64,000 nt of DNA from Tubiluchus corallicola (Eukaryota; Animalia; Priapulida): NCBI GenBank assembly GCA_030141605.1, contig JAQGDQ010000015.1:1-64000 (forward strand), given 5' to 3'. The notes beneath the pieces are model-generated. The model was not told where the DNA came from, did no database searches, and was given only the letters and a program-made list of their open reading frames with translations. The translations under genes and the position numbers were made by a program. Positions 54,919-64,000 of the stretch are shown piece after piece. How positions within the stretch are numbered: the stretch's first letter is position 1; each line of letters begins with the position of its first letter.

Positions 54919-57900
54919 GAGCTGGACTTGCCCGTTAATGTCAATAAATAGTAGGAGCTCAGAGCCACAATTTAAGCACGAAAAATACATTAATTCCTGA
55001 TCAGTGGCTTCATTAGAGATGGGCACACATTTACTTTGAACAATAGTCTTAGTTTACATTTCCACCTTTACGTGTTGCAATCGTAAGTAAACTCACCCGC
55101 AGGAAAGCGTGGCATTATCTAATGGTTTGTCGACTGACCAGATGAATCACTACTGTGAACACCATGAGTCAGAAATTGGAAAATATTCTAGAGTTAATAC
55201 TTGAACCAAGTCTGCCCACAAGCTTCGTGTTGTCTGGCAAGGTATATAAAGTCATCCCTGGCAAGAACAAAAAAGGAGAAAATGAATGTAAGAAAAACTG
55301 CCAATTTTCAAATCGTTTTTATAAAAATACGTTTTTATAAAAGAAAATGGCAGCAGGCATGTGCACTTATGCTGGCCACATAATACAATATAAAATAATT
55401 TACAATATAGTTACAATCACAGTTATAAAACAAATACATGTGTAGTAAAAATTTTATCATTAAACGAAAAAAATACTTTAAAAACCTAAAACGGAGAGAG
55501 ACTACGGTAAAAAAATAGCTCGCATAAAAAAGATTAAACTAACAGTCGTTCAAAAAGTACATTAGTTAGACATGTCAGTGCATCATTATCAGTTAAATTA
55601 CAAAACTCAGGAATACATTGGGTTACAATATTTAACAAAAAATTACTTGCAACTATGTTACTTACAGTAAAACAGAAAAAGGTATTCGTCCTCTACTATG
55701 TTACATATTTCACACAAATGATTTTCTCTTGGTACAGGTTGTCTTTCATATCGCTCAGTCTCTATTGCAAAGTTACGACTTATTCTGAATTTGGTCAGAC
55801 TCTAGCTATCCTATCTTTCCTATTTTTAACACTTTCTAGATATGGCTCTAAACTGCTATGTTCAATGTTATTAAGCCTTACAAAAATATTAATATTATTA
55901 GTGTAATTTTCATCTTCTAGAAACACAAACAGCCATTTGTATGTACAATGATGTTAACAAGTTAAGATGTATGGCAGCCAACTAACTGGGTGACATGAAC
56001 TGAGGGCGGATACTATACTGGATTAATCGAAGGAAGTCTTATGCAGAAACGATAACCCGGATGAAAAGGCGTGGGGGAGACTGAGGGGGAAGTAAAATAT
56101 AAATTGTACAGTCGAGCACAAAAGAATTGAAATTGACTGAGATCAGAGTCCACAACCAGGCATATGGAGAAGAAACCCGCGTTGATATCAAACTTTACAG
56201 TCAAGTGAGTACAGGCACACTATAACTGTCAGCACATTACTGAGTTTTGCCTTCCCAAAGATTTGCTCATTTTTTGCTAACCTGTTTGAATTATCTTGGT
56301 AAAAAGACTCTAATATAATAAACTATGCGGTAACTGCAGAACTGTAACTCAATAAGATTTTATTAATGTGGATTGTTGTAGCGAGGCCGGCACGTAGTTC
56401 ATTATCAATGACGCCAGCGATGACAGATATTGAGCGTAACCACAGGTGCTTAGCTACGTTTGGATGCGTCCCCTAGACAGCTTGGAAACTTTTACTTTTG
56501 TAAATTTAACTAGTGTTGAAAGTTGAACGTTCATAAATTTCGATTTTGCTTCTGAATCCTGTGGTGTAAAATAAAGGTAATTAGACGGATCACATTGTGT
56601 GATATATCAAAAATGACACAAATATCAGAACTAACAGTTTAGAGTCCTTAAAAATTCTGTCCTCTATAGGGAATTCCAAGTTCTCGGTTGTCCTTAAAGA
56701 ATTTTCAGGTCTTCAGTTATCCTTTATTGGTTAGTCGCTTTGCATGGCTTCCTACATCCACGCCTGTTTTCGCAGTCTCCTCGCCAGTTGGGCGTTGTTT
56801 GTATGGGCTTCGCTGTTACATAAAACTGGATGAATCGATGAAAACAGGTGACGGGAGCCGATCCGAATTAAATACCACTTGTTTCACAGCATGAGACCTG
56901 GCGCACACGTGGCTGATATTAGGAGAAGCTGTGCACTTGTACATGTGCGATTGATCTAGACAGAGATGTTTAATAGACGACCCACGGTGCCAGTTCTGTC
57001 TGTTGTTATCAAACATCGCACATTGATTATGACGGCAAAGGGCTGGTTTCTTGAGCTGCTTGGCGACCTAGCCAATGAGCTCTTCTTAACTTGAGCAAGG
57101 TGCGCTCAATTTACAGCAAATCACACATATCAAGTGATGAAGAAGATGTGCGTTTTCTGTTTTCATGGTGACATGGGTAAAGTTCAAGAACATATAATCG
57201 GTAGCAAGGAGTCTAACGTTCCCGGGTTTCGATTTGTCATGTTTAGGATTTAAGTTAGGGCGCGGTTAGGGGACCTTAATGCTAAAGCTAATTCCGCTTT
57301 GCGAACATAAAAATAATGTTGTAACTGCCGTAGAGTGTTCTCTTCCAATTTTTAAGTTAGTGACTAAAATGTTCAAAATATACATTCTGCAAGAGACAAT
57401 TATAGTGTCACAAGGTTTACTAGGCAGAAAGGAACTCAGTACTCAGTACATCATATGTCAGCACGACGTTACAAATTATATACTTGCGACAAAAACCATG
57501 GAATGAATGCTTTAGCATTCAACTAGTCTGCAAATAAAAGACAAGTTCGAAGTATAATCCGCCGAGTTCGTCACTGCACTCAAGCCCCCGAAGGGAGTTT
57601 CACCTGTTTTACAGCAAAGTGACCATTGTAATGATTCTGCTTCGTGTTTACTGTGTGTAACTAGTTAAATAAAAAGTTACTCGATCATTGAGAGTATAAC
57701 ATTTGGAAGTAGAAAAAAGTTTTACTGAAACTGGATTTGCTTAGCGTACGCGGAAAATCTTCTTAGGGTTTTGGAAGAGTAGAAGCATTCTAGCTTCGCT
57801 TATCAGAAACGTCGATGATAAGACGGTGATATAGCAAATCGCGCTGTTACACAGCTGAATTAGATTAGCAAGTTTTCGTATATTCGGCTCCTGGCTACTA

Positions 57901-58234
57901 TTTTTTGACTCAAACGAAGGAAGTGCGTTCTGTTTTTCATAATTCTCAATTCTACATATGTTCGACAGACGTCCTACGAAAAATCGAAACAAGTGTTCTT
58001 CCCAGCTTCTTAATAGCGCTTCTGGTCACGTGACAGTTCAATATATCAGGCGTCACACTGTTGTTTTTAAATTATTAAATTGAAAATGTGGGGGATAAAT
58101 GTCGCATCTGCAAGTAAACTAATACAACCTACATCGCGATGACACAACTCCGAACACAAGTCAGTAAAATACGGATAATTGCATTTTTATAGTTATTTTA
58201 TACAATAACCAAAAGAAAACTAAGTAATTGAATT

Positions 58235-58530
58235 ACAATGACAACAACGACGACAATAATGACAGCTACCATGTCCACCACCACGCACACCGCTGCAGCC
58301 GCCGCCACTGCCATCACCACTACGCCAGCAGCAACAGCAGCAGCACCACCACCACAATGACAACGACAACGACAACGACAACGTGAAGACAACGATTCTA
58401 ACAACAGCAGCAGCAGCAGCAACAACACACAACCAGGATGGCGGCGACAACGGCAATGTCCACAAGGCAGCAGCAGCAGCAGCAGCAGTCACAACAATCA
58501 ACTCCAATCACAACAACAAGCAAACAAAAG
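58235..58530. repeat. Compound trinucleotide microsatellite (CAA/CAG/CAC/CGA)
   Basis: Direct reading; explains the poly-A/V/L ORFs. Confidence 0.9.
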
Positions 58531-59859
58531 ACTAATCCTGTTTTAGTATTTACTAAAAATTTTCAATTTGTACGCTTCTGACTATCAAAAGTAACTTTAC
58601 TATATTCCTATTTTGCATTTCAGAGATGCGAGTTTATCAGCAGAATAATATGTGATGGTCAAAGAACCACCAATTTAAAAAATCATCGGGAAGAAAACCA
58701 CTAAATGTTTAGGATTAGATTTAAGTTTTAGTCTAGAAATTTTTTTATGAAAGTAAATCCAATAATAAAAAGTCTATCCTAGGCAATATTCGGGATAGCA
58801 ATACCCCTACACACACACTCACGCACGCACGCATGCACACACAAACACACACAAAATTACCACCACCACAATAAAAACTTGATTCCCAAGATGATTCCCA
58901 TAAAATCTGGAAGATTGCAGCGTCTTCGTTTATGCAACATAGAAAGTGTTTCGTTTTCTTACACTTGCATAGTTATTTGTTCATTTGTTTGATTGTCATT
59001 TCTGTTTCAGACTAAATGTAGCAGCGCTCATAAAACCCTTCAGTTTTTAAATGTAATCTTTTTGCATTGGGCAGCTGATCGTCTAAAAGGAATCTGTTCC
59101 CAAGACAAGTGAACACAACAAAATGCTCCTGGAAATATCAGCCACTACTGGGCCAGCCATTTGCCAGCACCTCTTCCGTTAATGCACTGTAGAAAAAATA
59201 AAATTTACGTGGAATAATGTCCAGAATAATATCCAACATGGATTCATTTCAATATTTTATGCAATTCGGAGCACATTAGCCAGAATCCAGCATTCAATCG
59301 TCTGAACCGGAACCTAGTTCAATGTGAAGGCTAACCTTCTAAGTTCTTTACTCCTAGTCTCACTGTTCGCCGTTTCATGTTATTTAATGGTTTTCATGCT
59401 GGAAACCAGTCAGTGTCTCCACAGGGACTAGCCTACACGTGCTGCAAGGGCAAAAAATTATAAACAAACATGAATCACTGTAAGACGGTGAATGCCTGTT
59501 TCCGATAGCTGGCTAGTTTGAACATTTGTCTAAATGTAGTTAACAGTTAATGTGAAAGTTATGCAGCAGATTGGACCGATACGTGCTTAATGTTGCTTTT
59601 GGTACCAGTTTACTAGTTTCAAATTCCTCACTCCACATAGATCATCAGGAAATAATACAGTAAATACTTTGCCAGTGCAATGTACTGCAGTACCAATGCA
59701 ATCTAATACTTGACATAACAGTTTCTATGTACATTATGCTATGTACTACTCACTTGAATAGTACTTATTTAGCAAATATTTGTTTTTGTGTACATATGTA
59801 ATTTTGTTGCATGGGCCTTCTGGTTTGGAACAAGCTATTGCTACTACTACGATCAGTGC

Positions 59860-59936
59860 CGGCTCTGCCGCCACTGTCTTCGCCATCACCGCCATCACCT
59901 CCACCACCGCCGTCGCTGTCCGCCGCCGCCGCCACT
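59860..59936. repeat. (CGC/CAC)n degenerate trinucleotide repeat
   Basis: Direct reading. Confidence 0.8.
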
Positions 59937-61937
59937 ATTTACTATTACTCTTGCTGCTTTTCGTAGATGAGTCCATTGTTTGCCCACGTGATCTGCATTT
60001 CTTTTCCAAGAAGATCTGCGTACATAATTATACCAGCGCATATGTAAAACCTAAATTTGCTCTATTTGCTTTTCGGCATTTTAGCCAATGAAGACGTAAT
60101 GGGATTCTGTCAAGCAGATGTCTGTGGTAGATCCAGGGTCGATTGCTTCCGGGTCTCTCTTGGCACAGGTGGCATATTGAACTGAGAATGACACACACAA
60201 GGAAAGAGAGAGGGAGAGAGAGAGAATGGGGAGGAAGGGAATATTTAATGAATGCTTGCATAATTTTTAATAAATCATTCTTATTAAAAGACAAACTTTG
60301 AAAAAATCCACTCACACAATGTCTTCTAAGTAAGTGCAGTGTTTTCAGTAAATACTAGCACAGGTTCTTCTTCACATACTTACGTACAGTTTCCAGTCAT
60401 AATTGTCTCCTTCATCTGTATCGTGCTGTAGAAGCTGTTTTGGGCTGCAATACCTTTACAGGCACTTTTGGAAATAATTATCAGTTGCGTTTTTTTACTT
60501 CAAATTAATACTTCCTTCATTTTTCTCATTTGTTAAATTATATTCTTTGCACGATTTTTGGAAGAAAGAACTTTTAGCTATAGTTTTATTAGGCCTACTG
60601 GAAAAGGGGGAAGAACGATGTTAAACCTAAAACAAGAAACCGAGAATTCTAATATGAGCTTCTACAAAAAAGGAAATAAATAAAGGTATTACATGAATTT
60701 GCGATAATGCGTTGCGTGTCTGTATGTTTCACGACACGTTGATGCAGTTAAGTCTCCTAGCCAACGCACGTGGTTCATTTTTTACTCAACTAAAACCTGG
60801 AATCATCTTATCTTGAAACCGCACAAGGTCTGGAAGCCATCTGCCCGTTCCCAAAACCTGGCGGGTTTCTTTTACTCGTGATGTCCGCGAGAGTTTTTTT
60901 GTTCCTAGCAGCTTCTTCACGCCTTATCTTTACGAGTTCTCTGCTGCCGAGCCTGGTTGCTAATGAGACATGTATGTAGTTCAATAATTGTGCATTTATC
61001 CAGCTAACAGTGTTAGAACGAACATAAAACAGTAAATTCCAAGAGTTTACGAGGGTGTAACAGTTAACCCTAGAAAACCTAAAAAAAGTCACGGGGTCAT
61101 ATGATATGTTTGAATAAGCAAAATAAAATTACCAATTTTAGAATTTCCTTTACCGATTTTTTCTTCTAGTAAACATTTTCGGTAGTAAATATTTTGCTTA
61201 CAAGGTAGCATCATAAGATTTGTAAGAGGGTCTAACTGCCTGTGTCGGATTGGTTTCAAAGGATGTACGGAGTTAAAATGATAAGAAATTTTTTAATCCT
61301 GCTACTCTCACTATACTACAGCTTGACAGGAAGTTGTGCCAAAATGTGATATAACTTTCCTTTTCTGCTCTAACCTAGAAAAATTCGCTAAGAAAAACTA
61401 AAGCTGTAAGTTAGGAGAGCGTCTCCTTTCAGCGCCTCGTTTCTTCAACTCTTTACCCACAATGGGCAATAATAGGTAAAATAAACCGCAGCGGTTTATA
61501 AAAATTCTGGCAATCACATTCACAATTAGTCATCACAGTTAATGATAAGTTGAAGACTGTTAGGCAGTTATGATAGTGTGATTTCTACTGAGCCAAGATT
61601 ATTCATTTTATCCAATTAAAATCATGTCAAAATCTTTCCACATTCTGGCAATTTATTTGGCTTTCCAATATATAATTTTTTCTAGGTATTCTGTTAATGG
61701 ACGTTCAAGTAAAGTGAGCTTGACTTACCTAACCATAGTATATTGTCATTGTATATTTTCTATAATTTTTAAGATTGTCAGATCGATCGACTACTTGTTT
61801 AGATGAAAATTGATCGATTAAAGAAAAAGTCCTTTAACCTTAGCCCATCTACCCAAAATCACCTACTAAGTTTTTCTATCTCCTATTTGTTGCAACCAAC
61901 GTTCTGAGAAAATATCTCCTGTTGATGAGGGCAATGA

Positions 61938-61949
61938 AGATGATGACGG

Positions 61950-62023
<74 letters not shown>
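61938..62023. repeat. (GAT)n microsatellite
   Basis: Direct reading. Confidence 0.97.
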
Positions 62024-62025
<2 letters not shown>

Positions 62026-62243
62026 GTGATCGAGTAAACGTGCGCAACTTCTGGTATTACATGTCGCATAAAAGTTTAAACCGTGGCGGGTGTTAAATCA
62101 AATACCCTATCATAGCTTTTCAGAACTGAACAGAACTGTACAAGTTGGGAATAATATTAGTATACTGCAAGAAATAGGTGTACGACTGCGTTGGAACAGA
62201 TAAGTGATTCAAGGTCCAAATGTCATTTTTATTATAATTACTG

Positions 62244-62277
<34 letters not shown>

Positions 62278-62345
62278 TATCACCATCATCATCATCGTCG
62301 TCATTATTGCATTATTACCGCCGCCGTCGTCGTCCACGTCGTCGT
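62244..62345. repeat. (CAT)n / (CGT)n microsatellite
   Basis: Direct reading. Confidence 0.92.
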
Positions 62346-63544
62346 GATCTGCCTCTTCATCATAACAAGACATGAACTGTTTTGTTGTTGTGTTGTCACA
62401 AAATACTTTTATTGCATACGTTTGGAACTTTTGGCTACTTTCTTTGAACCCATATTACAAAATTAATCTGACAAAGAGCTGAATGAACGAAGCTTCTTGA
62501 TGAGAGTTCACATTCATAGCCACTCAAGAAAGACACGACAAGAATAGTAGTTGGCAAAGTTTACCTAGACTGAACTTTGCCAACGCTTCCAGTGAAACGC
62601 CTGTCCAATTAGCAGGATTAGCGTACAAAACCGAGCCACACTACAAAGAAAATGTAAGTACAGACAGGAAGCCTGCTCCTGGGAAAAGCGCGCAAATTAG
62701 AGGTATGCAGCTTAATAAGGAACGTAAAATGTCAAGTTTCATTTTAACTAATTTTATTATGTTAGTGCTGCGAAAGTATAAAAGTTCTTGATTTCTGTAT
62801 GTTAATATGTAAATATTGTCCCGTATTTTAATCAATAGTACTTTGTTATTGCAAGTAATCGAGCAATCAGTACGGGCAGTGTACAAATTATAGTAAAGTA
62901 TGTATTTAGTGCACAATTTGATTTCATTAATTTTAGATAAACATTTTGTATATATATAAACAATTTTCTTAAAAACATCGTAACAAACATGTATTATTCC
63001 CGCGAGTTATCTATACGTATACTGTGCAGAGCAGAAAATGAACCATGACTAATGAGTCACTTCAGTCACCATTTTGAAGAAATTCTCTTGGTTCATAAAA
63101 CTAAACCCAGTTGACATGGGCAGAGCACAGGCGGTAAAACAAATTTTCCACTCTCATCTAGTCGTCATGTGCAACGGAATCCCTATACCCTGCCGCGGTA
63201 GGCCTTTGTGACATTCAAATGGCTTTTGACCTCCGGCCAACTGTATCAAATTTAGCTCATTCCTTTAGAAGATTATATCACAAGGAATACCTGTGTTCAG
63301 TATTAAAGCAACCTTAACACTTGACCTTCAATCATAAAGTCACTCTATTATTACTCCATTTTTTCTTGGAAATTGAAAAAATTAAGAAGAAAATGGAGCT
63401 AACATGTATACTAGAATTTGTCAAAAATTCCCAAGATAACTAATGTAGACGAAAATTCGTTAAACATTACTGTTAGGAGCTCTGAGCGTGAAGATTGTTT
63501 CCTTCCGCGATTAGAGAGTGTATACATATGTTATGCGCAGGCAG

Positions 63545-63690
63545 GTATGTATGCATGTTTGCTTGTTTTTTGTTTGTTCGTTTGTTTGTGTGTATGTATG
63601 TATGTATATTTGTTTGTTTGTATGTTTGTTTGTTTCTATGTATGTGTGTTTGCGTGTTTGTGTGGTTGTGTGATTGTTTGTTTTGTGTTA
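63545..63690. repeat. (TGTA/TGTT/TG)n degenerate microsatellite
   Basis: Direct reading. Confidence 0.85.
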
Positions 63691-64000
63691 ATGTAACAAT
63701 TGAACAATTAGAGCAAAAACTATTGAGCATGCAAACTTCATTGTAAACTTGCCTTCTGTTTATCACTGGGCTTCGAATGTTTTTTTAACAATAACTGTCG
63801 AACGGTAGTCTTACGTCGCGTTCAGACTTAGAGAGTTTTCTCTCGCAAGTCCTCTCTGAGAGCAAACTCGCAAGTATGAACGGCTTGGGAAGTTCGCTCG
63901 CAAGATTTGCTAATTGTTAATTAGTTTAACTACATTTTAATTGACCATTGCCGTATTTTAGTGGACAAATAAGCCTTCGAACTTCACAGTGTCCAATTGT

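Noticed and set aside
58198-58507. Poly-Ala/Val/Cys ORFs, and the poly-Ser and poly-His ORFs at 61866-62466
   Set aside because: Trinucleotide microsatellites with no splice or domain support.
61064-61420. piggyBac-like left end (TTAACCCT..GGGGTCA)
   Set aside because: No matching right terminus was found.
63817-63885. Harbinger-like MITE end (CGTTCAGACTT..AAGTATGAACG)
   Set aside because: Short, at the window edge, and no TSD or second end can be verified.

Overview
AT-rich, microsatellite-rich genomic DNA from an animal, most likely an invertebrate bilaterian; it is not prokaryotic, and most entries in the supplied ORF track are artefacts of simple repeats. The main feature is a complete + strand p90 ribosomal S6 kinase gene (RSK / RPS6KA1-3,6 family). 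I assembled 20 coding exons by hand from ATG 2201 to TGA 46434: 2232 nt, 743 aa, all introns GT-AG and phase-consistent. The 3' UTR is about 2.2 kb and ends near AATAAA at 48600. The introns hold decayed LINE fragments, MITEs with intact TIRs/TSDs (hAT, Tc1/mariner-pogo, Kolobok-like), an inverted pair of tRNA-derived SINEs and a 70-bp fold-back hairpin; a MULE-like element lies just downstream. Intron 2 contains a candidate alternative first exon. The downstream 15 kb has splice-like signals for a possible convergent minus-strand transcript of unknown function and a cluster of CRE sites. I found no clearly new biological system; the best leads are RNA-level features of the RSK locus.
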